A DNA stretch of 64,000 bases, taken from assembly GCA_951406725.2 (NCBI GenBank), contig OX597815.1, positions 62,001 to 126,000 on the forward strand, in the 5' to 3' direction. Position 1 is the stretch's first letter, and each line of letters begins with the position of its first letter. This document shows, piece after piece, positions 40,401 through 54,709 of this stretch. Both the position numbers and the translations under genes were made by a program. Source of the stretch: Octopus vulgaris (lineage: Eukaryota). A model generated the notes under the pieces. That model saw only the letters and a program-made list of their open reading frames with translations, was not told the DNA's origin and made no database searches.

Positions 40401-41748
40401 GGAATATTAATAGCATTCATTTCAATAGCCTTGGAGTACCTGCTGTGGCTGGGAGCACAGCCCCTTCCTTTAAACTAGAACTCCAGAAGTGTGTGTATGC
40501 ACTTATGTTTTTATACAGAAGTCTATGTATATGTATGATGCATGGATACATGTGTTTATGCATGTGCATATGAATATCTTTGCATTTTAGTATGTGTCTT
40601 GTTTCTCACATATATATGTGTGTGTGTGTGTGTGTATGTGAGAGACAACAAACATATATGTATGTTTATGTATACACACACAAATCCATAGTAATTTATG
40701 AATGGAGGCGATACATATGTGTTGATTGTAACACATATACAGTGAGACACATACAGAGGACAAACACATCAAAGCATTAATACTGTTGATGTCGTCATTG
40801 TTGCCTCTGCTAGTGTCACCTGGAAGAAATCAGTGAAGCATTATCTTCTTCCTCATTAGTTATTGCTTTCCAATTTGTTCATTTTCTATGAGTCACCATC
40901 TCTTTTTTCTTTCTTTCATTCTTCAATTTTATTTTTGCTATTATCTTCTCATCTTACCCTTAATCATAGTCGTCTTCTTCTTCTTTTTCTTTCTTGCTCC
41001 TTTTCCTCTCTTAATATATCTATTCTTCTAATTTTTAATTTTTCCATTTTCTTTCTTTGTCTCCTATTATGAATTTGCTTTTTCCCATGCATCTACATTC
41101 CGTTATCTTTTTTGCTTTCCTTCTTTATTACTCAGTCTCTTACGACATATGTTATCCATTCGTTGTGGTGTTTCATTAGGATGATAACTTAATGCTGTTG
41201 ACCTAATGAACTTCTGTTGCTAACGAAGAAATAGCTTTTAACTGTGATGACATCAGTACTCCAAAGTCAAATATGATTTAGTAATAAATTATTTGATTCT
41301 TTGTCAATAGATAATGTTGGCTGGTGCCAAACAAATTCAGAACATGGTGATTTAGAGCTTCCGTGTGGCTAAGTTCTATGTTTGGAGAGGAGCAAAGTGG
41401 TTGTACACATATTGTATTCAGCTGCTAACCAAAATGTTTTGAGTTCAATTTCTCTAATGACATTTTGTGCATTTCATGCTGTACATTACATTACTTCAGT
41501 TAATACAATGCACTTCAGCTCTGTTTGTTTGGAATAAATACCAAATCATCTGCAGATATTTCTTGAGACAGAAATATTTCCTCTCCATTGAATGTTTTAT
41601 TTCTTTTTTTTTTTTTAAACATTTCTAAATTAGATTAAATAAACCACTTTTAAAAATCTCATCATCACTTCAGAAACATTGATATTGTTGAAACAGTGTT
41701 GTTCCTAAATCTCTCAACGGGAGACATTTAGTAGCAGCACTTTAAAGT

Positions 41749-41992
41749 AATGATTTTCTGCCAACCTAATGTGGCTACTGTTGTTTAGCCCCGGGAGACA
41801 TCGTCTCCAGTTGGCCATACGACACAAGATCTGTGTTCTTATATTTTGAAACTTCTTTATGCTGGGTGGGGGTGCTAACCTCCCCTGTTTGAAAATATAA
41901 GGACACAGCTGGAGACAATGTCTCCTGGGGCTAAACAACAGTAGCATTCACCTCAAAATGGGACTGCCACATTAGATTGGCAAAAAATCATT
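41749..41992. repeat. three-segment inverted repeat (fold-back)
   Basis: Arms 41749-41775/41966-41992 (25/27), 41774-41810/41909-41945 (35/37) and 41831-41852/41887-41908 (20/22). Confidence 0.92.
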
Positions 41993-42359
41993 GTTGAAAT
42001 TTTTGTTTTTAACGAATACTAGCCAACTACATAACTTTGCTGCATGTAATAACACAGTATTTGATTAAGTAATGACAAACTTGAACCTTGAAAGCAAAAG
42101 CTTATGTTCTATTCATACTCTCACAACCTCAATTTGCGGGAAAGCCAAAGAGGGAAGGAGCTTCTTATATTGTTGTTTGACCTACTAGAAATAATCAGTC
42201 TTCTTCAAATCTCACCCTACTATTAAAAAAAAAAAGAATAACTCAATGGAGGATGTTCTTGATATTTGAATTGTCAAGGTGGTCATGTATGGAATGTCTT
42301 TCATCATAAGTTTATTCAATCAGAACTAGCCTGGGGCTGGACAATAACAATCATGACAG

Positions 42360-42838
42360 CTTGGAGGCGTCTGTTAGTCTCACAAGACTTTATCTCTGTA
42401 CCTGGAAAGTCTTGCTTTAGTTTTGTTGGCAAAGCAGTGTCTACTGTGACTGTAGAGACCCACATATGTTTTTGTGACAATCCCAGCTACACTGACTGCA
42501 CCTGAAGGCACTGACCATGAATTTTGTCCTGGTGTTGTTTTTGTTTATCAAATTTGCTTTCCTTCATCAGCAAGCCTCAGCTTTTTCTCCTGTTTTTTAA
42601 AATCCATTTCTATTCTCAATCTCCAGCATGGGTGGTCATCAGCAATGTCCTCCCACTTTTCAATGTTTGTGAAAAGAGATTTCATGTATCATTTGCAGAC
42701 ACCTTGGAATGAAGATGGGGTTGTCTTTGTGCTCCCTTGCTGGAGGCCAGTTCACTACAAGTAAATCATTTGGGATCCTCCCATTTGACATGCAGTGTAC
42801 ACGGCCCAGCCTGCAGAGTCATCGTTGTTGCAGTAGGA
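42360..42838 (-). mobile_element. RTE LINE 3' portion
   Basis: QQR*LCRLGRVHCMSNGRIPNDLL and RQPHLHSK resemble the RTE motifs RRLRWLGHV.RM..GRIPKDLL and GRP.LRFKD. Confidence 0.75.
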
Positions 42839-42849
42839 TGAAGAGGCAA

Positions 42850-43900
42850 AACAAAAAGACAAAAAAAAAAAAGAAGCCATCCCTCAGATTAGGATACTGG
42901 AATGATGGACCACAGCTACTGGATTATCAGCAAACTTCCTGATGATCAGTGACACAGGCAAGACTACAGTCATTAACAAAAAAGTGGATATCACAACACA
43001 ACGAGAAACATGTTTTACAGAAACAGAAGAAACTAGGCCTTTTACTAACAGGGAAAAGGCTCAGGCATAATTAAAGGGAATGGTGTTGGCTTTGCCCTGG
43101 CAAACTCACTGCTAAAGATGGTGGAATCCAGCGAGAGAGGGACTGAGTGGATATTCTCATTTCAGCTCTATACATTGAATAGGCTCGTCAACATTGCCAG
43201 TGTCTCTACCCCAATCCTCTACTCTCTACAAAATATAAAGGACAAATTCTATGACCAACTCTCAAGGACAATTCATGAAACTCCAAACCAAAAACAATTA
43301 CTGCAGCTTGGTGACGTCTGTACTAGAGTGGGTGCTGCTGAGCTACTTGAGTTGTCATGTGATTGACAGCATTGGACAATGATTGCACACTCCATGCACT
43401 GTGTGTGCCATCAACATTTTCTTCCAAAATAAAACCTTATACAAAATATCTTGGAGACATCTCTGCCCCAAACACTGGCACCAAACGAGACCTGATAATT
43501 ACAAGATACTTCCACTTGAGGAATGGACTCATAATTCAGTGCCTCCAGAATAGAGACTCTAATGGAAATCACTCTTTATTTTGCTGCAAGATCAAACCTC
43601 AACCAAAGATGTAATATAGGAAACCACCTGACAAGCAATGCATTGATGTTATTATGATCCAGCCACCAGGTAAAGCAGAAAAGTTCATCAGGTTATTGAA
43701 TAATGCCTTCCATGCAGACTCCTACTCGACAGAGATGTGCTGATGAGATGAGATTTTCTCAGGAACACCATCTACAGTATTTTGATAAGAAATGGTGCAA
43801 GACACAGGATTGGTTTGAAGTAAGATCATGCAAGCTCACCATTGTTATTGAAGCAAAGCTTGTTGCACTACTTAAACATTAAATGCTGTCCCACCCAGGC
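42850..43900 (+). mobile_element. RTE LINE 5' portion (APE endonuclease remnant)
   Basis: KKPSLRLGYWN, GNGVGFA, KDKFYDQLSRTI, LLQLGDVCTRVG and DLIITR. Confidence 0.75.
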
Positions 43901-44879
43901 AACCTTGTGGTCTCCAGAAATGGCAGACTAGCAGGAATGTGGGTGTGGTGTTATATAGAGCAAAGTATATATTTTGGAGTGGAACCCTATATCACTTCTT
44001 TCTTCAAATATTCACCTGTAGCATACCAGCACATAGTTTTCAAACAAGTGAGTCTCTACATTGTTGCTAATCTTGCCAGAAATAGTAGCCAACTCTCCAT
44101 AAAATCTCACCTTACCATAAGGAAAGACACTTGCTTAATTCTTAACATCCTGTTTACTATTTTCTAAGTCAAAAGTGCCCCCCCACCTGCAACGATTCTG
44201 TTACAGACGAGAAATAAATGAGAGAAGAAGGGATTAAAGTTTACTCCCTTATATTAGAGAGTACCTCACATTCTTCAAAATGAATATAAACAAGGTTACT
44301 ATTATTGTTGTGGTATCATGCATTTCAGCACTGGCTGACCAGTGCAGTACCATGTACGATTGTGCTGTACAGGAATTTATGAGTTGATGTAGTCCTAGAT
44401 ACACTAGGTCTGAAATGAAAAGATAGGATGGCCACGGATTATCTTTTAACATAGATTTGCTTGATCATCTCTGACCTGGGGTTATAATATAAAGGAACTT
44501 CTGATAGATATAGCAGCCAAATCTCTCTCAACAAACCCCATTTTCAGAAGAGTGGATATGTTGGACAAGGTAATCTGAAGTACACAATGATTATGAAAAG
44601 ATGAGATGATCACAGCTTTTGATCCTAGGTTTACTCAATAAGGTCTGATTTAGGCTTAAACAGTAGCAACAACATACAATCAGAAATATGCTTGTCAGAG
44701 CAGAACTGTCCTCACTTTGGTTGAAATAAATTTTCTTTTAAATGGGTAAAAGTTTATAAAGCACTTGTAGAATTTCATTCTTTCACTCTCTCTGCCAGAA
44801 TGACTTGGTTCTGCTAAGATAGAGATATGTTCATATGAATTACTGCAGAGAAAGTGTATGTTTTGTTTTTCAATATGAT

Positions 44880-45020
44880 AATTCTAAGCATAAGGGCCGA
44901 AAGTTTTGGGGAGGGGGCCAGCTGATTAGGTTGATTTCAGTACGCAACTGGTACTTAATTTATCGACCCTGAAAGGATGAAATGCAAAGTCAACCTTGGC
45001 GGAATTTGAACTCAGAATGG
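44880..45020 (-). mobile_element. SINE family C
   Basis: Reverse complement of GAGTTCAAATTCCGCCAAGGTTGACTTTGCATTTCATCCTTTCAGGGTCGATAAATTAAGTACCAG. It matches 58712-58890. Confidence 0.8.
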
Positions 45021-45544
45021 GAAGTTTTTCAATATGATATTGTATTTGAAAAGGTTAACCACTGGATCCAGAAGTGGAATGGTGATTTACAGTCTTGGCT
45101 TCCTTTAAAGTTTTCAACTCTTGTCTTCTGTAAACAAAGTTAAAATGATTTGATTAAGGACACAACTTCACTTGTAATTAAGGAATTAATGATGTTCCAA
45201 AGCCTTGGCTGAATCACTTTACTGGGCAGAAGCAGAAACTAATAAACGTTGACTTTGGTCATGATGAAGCTTTTTGGAAAGTAATAATGATTATTGTTTT
45301 CAGTGATGGATATAGTTGTGGGGATGATGATGATGAAGATGATGATGATGATGGTGGTGGTGGTGGCAGTGGCGGTGTCGGCGATGATGATGCAAATGTA
45401 TATAGATATTATGTATATAGGTACAAGCATGTCTGGGTGGTTAAGAAATTTGCTTTGTAACTCTGTGGTTTCAGGGCAAGTATTTTTCACTCTAGTCTCA
45501 AGTTGATCAGTGCCTTGTTAGTGGAACTTGAGAAGGGGAAACTG

Positions 45545-46392
45545 CAGAAGCTTGTTGTATGTATGTGAGAAGTGAAGACATTCTGGAACTGCTTATTTAG
45601 TACTTCCCTTATCTTCTTGGGGTCTGCAGTTAGTGAGTGATCTTCAAACAGTGGCCTTATCTTGTTGTGCACTGAGGCAAACTCTTTCACAAACTTGTAG
45701 GAAGCTTTAGGATTTATTTTCATATTTTCCACTGCCCTGGTGTCTCTTTCTACCATTTCCTTTTCGTGGGAGAATCTGAGTTTATTTTTGATCTCTAAAA
45801 GTCTCTCTTCTAGTTGACTTCCAGTCAGCCTTGTAGATGCTCAGACTAGACAAGAGTTTGGGTGCCACCCCTGTGGATTACATCATCCATTAGTTTTGGA
45901 CAATTCATCATCAGTTATATCATGTTGTGGTTTGAGAAGATTGTCTGTGTTATCTTCATGTTGTGGATAAAACCTACATTGTTGGTGAAACGAAAGTCTA
46001 ATATGTTTTCCTTCCTGGTTGGGGAGAGTATTGTTTGCTCCAGGAACAGCATTTTTGTGAGGTCAAGTAGAGATTCTGCTTGGTTATTATCTTTGCATGT
46101 CATTCCTGAGATTCTGTGGCCTTCAGTCCATTTGATGTTTGGGGAAGTTGAAGTCACCCATCAGAAGTATATTACACTTTGATCCAGTTTTGTTAGTACT
46201 TCTTTTATTGTTGTAAGACTTTCCTCAAACTGACCATCATGATTTGAGGCATCAGGTGGGCGATACAGTGTGTATATTATCACATCAAGTTGCATTAAAT
46301 GCATCATGAGTGTGTCACAGAACAAGTTTGAGTGTGACAACAGGGTTAGTGGTGTAATATCCTCACAGATGTACAATGCAACTCCACCAAAA
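45545..46392 (-). pseudogene. CR1-group LINE endonuclease-region remnant
   Basis: GGVA-like motif, LYRPPD, GDFNFPNIKW, PTRKENILD, SNHNMI and KINPKASYKF. Confidence 0.82.
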
Positions 46393-47238
46393 TATTAAAC
46401 TATCTCTGGATAATTTCTTTTCCTCCCTCTATTGTGGTAAAAGTTCGGTATACACTCAAAAGTATTCATAAAACATTTTATCCTTTTGTTATAATTCTTC
46501 TTCTTAATAATCCTCTGAATAACCCTAAACGTTAACTTTATACAATATAGCAGTATTGCTTAAAATATTTAACTATAGTACTACATAAGATTTCCCTGTT
46601 TCATTATCAATGGTCTGCTAGTGGCCAGCTCCCTTAATTGTCAGCAAACATCTTGATTTAAGTTTTCCTTTACCAAATCTCATGATATTGCTTCAAATAA
46701 CTCTTGATTTTTATGACTATACCCACTATGATTTCTGCCGACTCCCTCAGCTCTACCCCTAACAGACACTGCCCCCTGTTCACTCGGGCCTTAGATATAC
46801 AAGGATTTGATAAAACTAGTCTATAAATTAAAACTGATCCCATAAAACAATGACAAGCAAAATCTGTAACAAGTCTTTCTTCCTGATACCTTAGTAGCTT
46901 CTAAGTGGAAGTGAAGGCAACATGTTCTTTGTCTATCTCCTTAACTTCTTGGAGATTTTAGGTAAAATTATACTAATCTGTCCATCTGTTTTAATTTAAT
47001 TAAATTCTATGTCTTTGTGGCAGCTGAGGATTGGTCTGCAATTAAATTGATGTAATGGTTGCATTGTTCAATTAAATGGAGTTGCGTGAAACAATCGTAC
47101 TGCATTACTTCTGGATATCCTTGTTGCTTATTTTGATTCTAATCACCTTATTTTGAAATTGTATGGATAATACCGTAGTAAATTCTGATGCCTCAACTTA
47201 AGTACCATATTTTTGCTGAACTCCTCATATATATGTAT

Positions 47239-47410
47239 ACAAGGTGTCCCAAAATTAAGGCAAACAAATTTTTTCAATCTTGCCAAAGCAAAATAGTGTT
47301 ATATTTTAGGATCTGAGCACATTGCAATGCAATGGTAAAGGAAACACAATTATGACACTACCACATTTATTTGATATGACCACCTCTATTTTCAAATGAC
47401 AGGCACCTGG
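47239..47410. mobile_element. Tc1/mariner-type terminal fragment
   Basis: TA|CAAGGTGTCCCAAAATT TIR-like end. No partner end was found. Confidence 0.4.
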
Positions 47411-48240
47411 CCATTCTAAGATCTTCCTCTTGATATCATTTGGGGTCCCTTCATCTTTGAGGCACCACACATGGCTGGCTGGAGATGTGACAAATTGTCT
47501 TTCTGACACTCTGAAGGAGGACTTGTGGTGTACAAGCATCGCTTGAATGCCGTTGGGGCTGACATCAGTGCTGTTATCATTATGACATGGTCTGGCACTG
47601 TGGCTGTGGCTGCTATTGCTGTGGTTGTTGTCCCTGGCTGTAGGGTTTGTGTTATGTGGGTACTGTTGATGGTATTGTTGGGTGTGGGGCCAGTAGCTTC
47701 ACTGGTGCTGCTGGTGTCAGCATAGTCATCCTCTCTGGCTGTAGTGCTGGTATTGGGGTCATTAGCATCAGTGCTGGTGTTGCTGCTGTCTGCTTCCAAT
47801 ATGCCATCGATGTTGTTGGATGATCCATTGCTGCTATTACTGTGGTTGCTAGACCTGGGTACCACTACAGCCTCATAGATGACACTGTTGGCCTCACATT
47901 GGTCTCCCACTGGACTGTCATTGTATACCTTGCAAAAGCAACCTGCCTCTTCCCATGTTTTATGGGTGTTAGCTAATATAATTTTCATGTTGGGTGCACA
48001 GCAAAAGGAGTCTGTATCTGCATGACTAAATGAAGTGTTTGTCTATTAACCCGAGGAATATCCTTCCCACACAAGTCTTGCCATTAAGTGAGAAGGGTGG
48101 GGCAAATCAAACCACATTTCAGTGGTCCTTCCTTTTGTGGGTGTTAGGGCCTGGCATGATAAAGGAAACGGAAGATGGATTTAGTACAAATTTTTATTCA
48201 GCATAAAGACCATTTCAACCCATCCTGCATCTGTCCAATA
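47410..48240 (-). pseudogene. Penelope-like element remnant (RT-EN linker and GIY-YIG endonuclease)
   Basis: FAPPFSLNGKTCVGRIFLGLIDKHF, CFCK...PVGDQCEANSVIYEAVV and HHKSSFR...SHVWCLKDEG...IL match Penelope motifs. Confidence 0.82.
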
Positions 48241-48499
48241 GAGATAGGATATTGCGTAATAGACATATACCCAAAGTCCAAGTAGTTATATATATATATG
48301 TGTGTGTGTGTTTATATATATATAGCAAATAAGAAAATGGAGGAGAACAATAGGTGGTTCATCAACTTTTGGACATTAAAATGTTAACTTATCTATTTAT
48401 TAAACTGATAATTATAACATACATACATATAGCATATTATTCTTTACATATAAGATATAAGATATAAAATATAGTAATATATAAGGATACCAGTAATTA

Positions 48500-48840
48500 T
48501 TATAAAAAACACGTCCAAGGATCAAGGTGTAGGAAGATAGTAAGCTTCAAGCAGTCTGTAGAAGGTATAAAAACAACTTTCTGGTACAGTAGTGGTTTAT
48601 TGATGTAGAAGGTTGTAAATTTTTCCTGTATTGAAATTCGATAAGCTGAAAAAATTGTTTTATAGCTTATGGTTAGGGGTTGGTGTGTGTGTAAATAGGA
48701 ATCCAAAATTAGGAATGGAGTAGTATGCATGTATTTATGCAATGTTGCTACCAGTTCAAATATGCTTGACACGTTCAAATGAACTGAACTGGTAGTAACA
48801 TTGCATTTATACATATCACTGCTTAATGCTCCTACTTCGT
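48500..48840. repeat. unclassified interspersed repeat with an inverted homolog at about 60680-60860
   Basis: The reverse complement AATAAACCACTACTGT...CTTGAAGCTTACTATCTTCCTACACCTTGATCCTTGGA aligns with 60765-60853. Both copies are flanked by microsatellites. Confidence 0.65.
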
Positions 48841-48873
48841 AATATGTATTTATATATATATATATATATAGAT

Positions 48874-48960
<87 letters not shown>

Positions 48961-48963
48961 CAT

Positions 48964-49404
<441 letters not shown>

Positions 49405-49407
49405 ATA

Positions 49408-50065
<658 letters not shown>

Positions 50066-50270
50066 GTGTGTGTGTGTATGTATATATATGTATATATGTG
50101 TGTGTGTATGTATATATATGTATATATATATATGTGTGTGTGTGTATGTATATATATGTATATATATATATATGTGTGTGTGTATGTATATATATGTATA
50201 TATATATATATGTGTGTGTGTATGTATATATATGTATATATATATATATGTGTGTGTGTATGTATATATA

Positions 50271-50782
50271 TCTATATATATAAAACTGTAGTTGTGTGAG
50301 TGTCTGTCCCCTTCGATTTACATTCCTAACTCCTCCCACATTTTGCGGTGCAGTTTAACCAAATTCGGGTATCTTATAGTCGTGATTAATATCGAGCCCG
50401 TCTGACTATTAGCGCGCGTCAACGATGAGTCTACGATTTTAAAAATAATTTAACATCATTTTTTATTCCATTTTAATGCATAAAATGCATCGTGTGTCGA
50501 TGGCGGCGGAGTTGGCGTCCACGCTCACAGCTGCACCTGTTTGCTTCTCCCCCTTCCCTCCCTCGTGAAGCTGTGGGGAAGGGAGTGTAAAGAAATCAAC
50601 GTCGTAATGCATTGTGAAGGAGACCAGCATTCTTTTAGAACAACGACTTCATGGCTTGAAGACACCAAAACAAAAATGGCTAAGAAAGCCCGAATTGGCA
50701 TCTATAAGGGAAGTAACTCTCTAAAAATGCTTATATAGTTATTTCCCTTACAAACCCGAGCAACGCCGGGCGATACTGCTAG
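50271..50782 (+). mobile_element. non-autonomous Helitron (512 bp), inverted sister copy
   Basis: A|TC ... CCCGAGCAACGCCGGG-N7-CTAG|T. It differs from the first copy by scattered substitutions and a 6-bp indel. Confidence 0.9.
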
Positions 50783-50808
50783 TATATATATATATACATA
50801 TATATATG

Positions 50809-50844
<36 letters not shown>

Positions 50845-50888
50845 ACCCATGCTAGCATGGAAAACGGACGCTAAACGATGATGATGAT

Positions 50889-51073
50889 ATATATATATAT
50901 ATATACATATATATATTTATACATATATATATTTATACATATATATGTATATTTATACATATATATATTTATACATATATATATATATTTATACATATAT
51001 ATATTTATACATATATATGTATATATATACATATATATATATATATATTATATACATATATATATATTTATAC

Positions 51074-51119
<46 letters not shown>

Positions 51120-51120
51120 G

Positions 51121-51165
<45 letters not shown>
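50889..51165. repeat. TA-rich microsatellite with TTTATACATATATA subunits
   Basis: Directly visible. Confidence 0.9.
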
Positions 51166-51166
<1 letters not shown>

Positions 51167-51400
51167 TGAAGCCCAGTTACAACTACAGCCGGATATTACC
51201 AGTAAAGGTTTTAGTTGCCAATTTTGTACAAGACATTGTAGATCTTTTGCTGGGCTAAAATGTCACATTCGATCATAGCACCAGTAACAGTTAAGCTTCG
51301 TGCAATGGCCATACTCAATAACGAGGGGGCAGCCATAATATATATATACATACATACATTTATATGTGTGTGCATATATATATATATATGTCTTTATATA

Positions 51401-52245
51401 TTCTTTTATCCTTTTATTCTTTTACATGTTTCAGCCCTAAGGCTGTGGCCATGCTAGAGCACCACCAGTGTAATCACCTTTTCAATAGCCAATCTTATGT
51501 GATTGGCTTTTGGTGAAGGAGGGAGTTCAGCACTGCTATCCTCTTTTGAATTTCCTACCTTGATATAGGTTCATCCAGGACTTTGGATTGCAGGAGGTTA
51601 AATTATTTCGTGAAAACATGTACCCCTACTCCATGAAGATCCCTCAGATGTTTTTGCAAGGTGCTAAATAGCTGTGGACCCTTCAATCCTAAACTATTGC
51701 AGTACATGGTCCTCACACTGGACGGGACGACTGGGACCTTTGGAACAGTGAAATGACATCCAGTTAGGGGGCTGGTATAGCTCCGGATACCAAAGTTTGG
51801 TGCCAGCTCCTCCAGGATTTTCCATACACTGCATACCTTTCCTGTCTGTTCCAGGGAGTATAGTTGTAGCTCTTTCAGTCTCTCTCTGTAGCTCAGTTGT
51901 TCCACTGATGCAATCTTCCTGGTGTAGCATTCCTGAACTGCCTCAAGTTCTATTATTAATTTGACACTGTAGCATGACCATAGTTCAGAACAGTAGTCCA
52001 GATGGCTGAGTACAAATGTCCTACATAAAGCCATCACAGTTTCTTTGTCCATCTGGTCATTCACCTGTACACCACCACCATCTTGGTGATATGCACGTGA
52101 AATGAGGCATTGTTGCTTATATCAATCTCCACACCACACACTTTATGTACGTAAAATGAGGCGTTGTTGCTCATATCAATCCCCAGATCATGCACTGTAC
52201 TTAACTCTGGGATTGCTGCTCCTTTTGGTTCAAAGTTTTGTTGTG
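51401..52245 (-). mobile_element. decayed CR1/L2-group LINE 3' part, related to the 1.1-kb element
   Basis: ETVMALCRTFVLSHLDYCSELW...LRDLHGV aligns with the 518-aa ORF. It has the same 3' stem-loop, a TAAAAG(G/A)A tail and a small internal duplication (SNNASF twice). Confidence 0.9.
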
Positions 52246-52249
52246 TCAC

Positions 52250-54709
52250 ATCCAGTCCAATTCTTTTAAAGTTCCAACATGGCTAAAACCAGATTCAACC
52301 AGGTATGAGGTAGGGAAGGCAAGCAAAAGTGATTTCAAATGTTTCCACAGATTTGGGTAAGAATTCAGTATAGTTGGATGGTACCACAAACCTTCTTTGC
52401 CATTATGGCAATATTGCATTGTGGCATCATTGTCATTTTGTAATTCTATCAATTCCTCCGGAACGTCATCCTCACAATTGACTGCATCGACCTCAAATGG
52501 GTTGCTATACCAATTTGGAATATTCAGTGCAATAACATCTTGAAATCGCTCCACCATGTCACCGTGCAATGATTATAGATAGTTGCAATCTGTAATTAAA
52601 TCCTCATCAGCCAATTCATCTTTCAAAGAATCAAGTTGTGGAAACTGGTGGAATTAACGTTTTGAAATGTTAGTTTTATACAGCACCAATTTCGAAATGA
52701 AGGTAGTGATAAATGATTTACAATCAACGAGAGTTTTTCTGTTTCCTTGCAATAACATATTCAAATCATTTAATTTTGTGAATATATATCACAAAGAAAA
52801 AAGATATCACATCTTGCAGCCATTAATGAAGCTGATAGTGGAATAGCTTCAAAAAAAGATATGATTATATGAAACAGTTCAACAAAGCGTAAAAGACAGT
52901 TTCATTTTGACAGCCATTGCACTTTGGTATGGCATAGGAGTTTAGTATAGTCCTCATCATTTCTCAGACAGAGTTGATGGAAAATTCGATCAGACAAGGG
53001 ACTGGACTTCAATTTGTTCAGTCTTGGTAACTAACCGTTCATATTTTTTGCCACTAAATGCTGCCAGTGTATCAAGCAATGAACAGTTAGTATCTGGTGG
53101 GAAATTTCATGCTTTAGGAAAGACGAAAAACCTCTGTACCTTCCTATCATTGAAGAGGTTCCATCAGATGCACAGGCAAGAATATTATTGGGTGGGATAT
53201 TATATTGGGTGGGATATTAAAAGGAAAGACTTGCACCTTTTGAATCAAGTGGCAATTTCTCTGTGAACAGCATTTTCTCTCAAAGTTGAAGATCTTTGCT
53301 GAAATATCGAACATATACCATCATCAAACATTGACTGTCCACAGCAGTTGACTCGTCCACTTGTATAGAAAATTCAGAACGCTGAAAGGTATTAATGAGC
53401 TGATGTTTGACATTGATAGCCATTTAATTGTGTTATTACCAAGTGGGATCTTCATAATGTTATTGGGTTTTACGTGCATAACGGTTGACAAAACCTCTTC
53501 GATAAACAGGCAAAGTAATGTTTCTTCAAGTGTGTGTGACTTCCCAGACTTAACAGCAAGCAATGCAATGTTGTACAATGCAATCAACCCATCGTTCTCC
53601 TGTTTATTAGTTTCCTGGAGTTGTATGTCGAAATGTTTGTATTTGCTTTTTGAAAGACGAGATCAGCTGCAAAAAGTATGACAATGGTTTGTCCTTCTTG
53701 TCAGAGTGCTTTGCATCAAAGTGATACATCAAGCGTGAAGGTTTCATTGCTTCGTTGGTCAGTGTTTGATGGCAAAGAAGGCACATTGGTAATTGACAGT
53801 TCTGAGGAGAGGGAATAAATCCAAACAATAAATAATCACTGCTGTACTGTTGACCAATTTTCTTGACTGGAGGCATCAGTAAAGTGAAAATTTGAAAATG
53901 AATTTCTGTGGACAATGTCAAGAAGTCAACAGAGCAGAGTCAGATGACGCATCTTTACTGGAGCAAATATGGATCTAGCTCCTTTGGCTGCCAGCATTTC
54001 AAAAATTAAAGTTTATTGAAAATTTTAAAATTTGCCACATTAATATACCTTTCCAAGATAAATTGCTGGTTATTCAACTTTTTCCAGAAAAATGTTTTAA
54101 AAAAGTTTTAGAGGTTTAAAGTTTGATCATTTTCACCCAAACAAGAAACACAATTTCAAAGCTGTCATTTTGTGTGTGACTGCACATTTTGTCAACATCC
54201 TGAAAATAGCACTTGTGTTTTGCGATGAAACCATAGAATTACGCACGACTTGTAACCCCACATAACTTTTTTATTTTTTGAAGTTTACAGAAAATATTTG
54301 TGAATTTGTATTCTACATGTTGGACTTCATATGATTATGTAAAAAACAAAAAATTTGGTGGTATATGATTTAAAGTCTAGTCCTATTTGGCTGCTATTTT
54401 TAGCACACATGACAACCATCTCAATGACTGTGTGACAAAAATATTCGATGGATAAACAAATCTGCTTTTTTAATACAAAGGGATGTCTCATGCAAGTAAT
54501 CAAATTGATAAGAGTGCATCCTTATTCTAGGCATGCCTAGATATAAGTGAATGCAGACTTAATTTCTAAAAATTCTTTGTCACCCACAAAATGTTCACAC
54601 TGCCCCAAATTGCCCACCACTTTCCAGAAATTCGCCCATTGCCCACCACTTTCCAGAAATTCGCCCATTGCCCACCAGTGAGTGATATCGCCCACTTTGG
54701 GAAGCTATG
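52250..54709 (-). mobile_element. hAT Buster-family transposon, decayed and 3'-truncated
   Basis: BED finger YLLFGFI..PMCLLC..NEAMKPSRL..H...H and dimerisation motif FPTSYLVESGFS. TIR CATAGCTTCCCAAAGTGGG with subterminal TGCCCACCA repeats. The flanking 8-mer CTTTAGGG fits the Buster nnnTAnnn target. Confidence 0.9.

Noticed and set aside
54605-54680. Short direct repeats that might suggest a CRISPR-like array
   Set aside because: They are contiguous with no unique spacers and are subterminal repeats of the hAT element in eukaryotic DNA. The same holds for the 16-bp array at 13931-13990.
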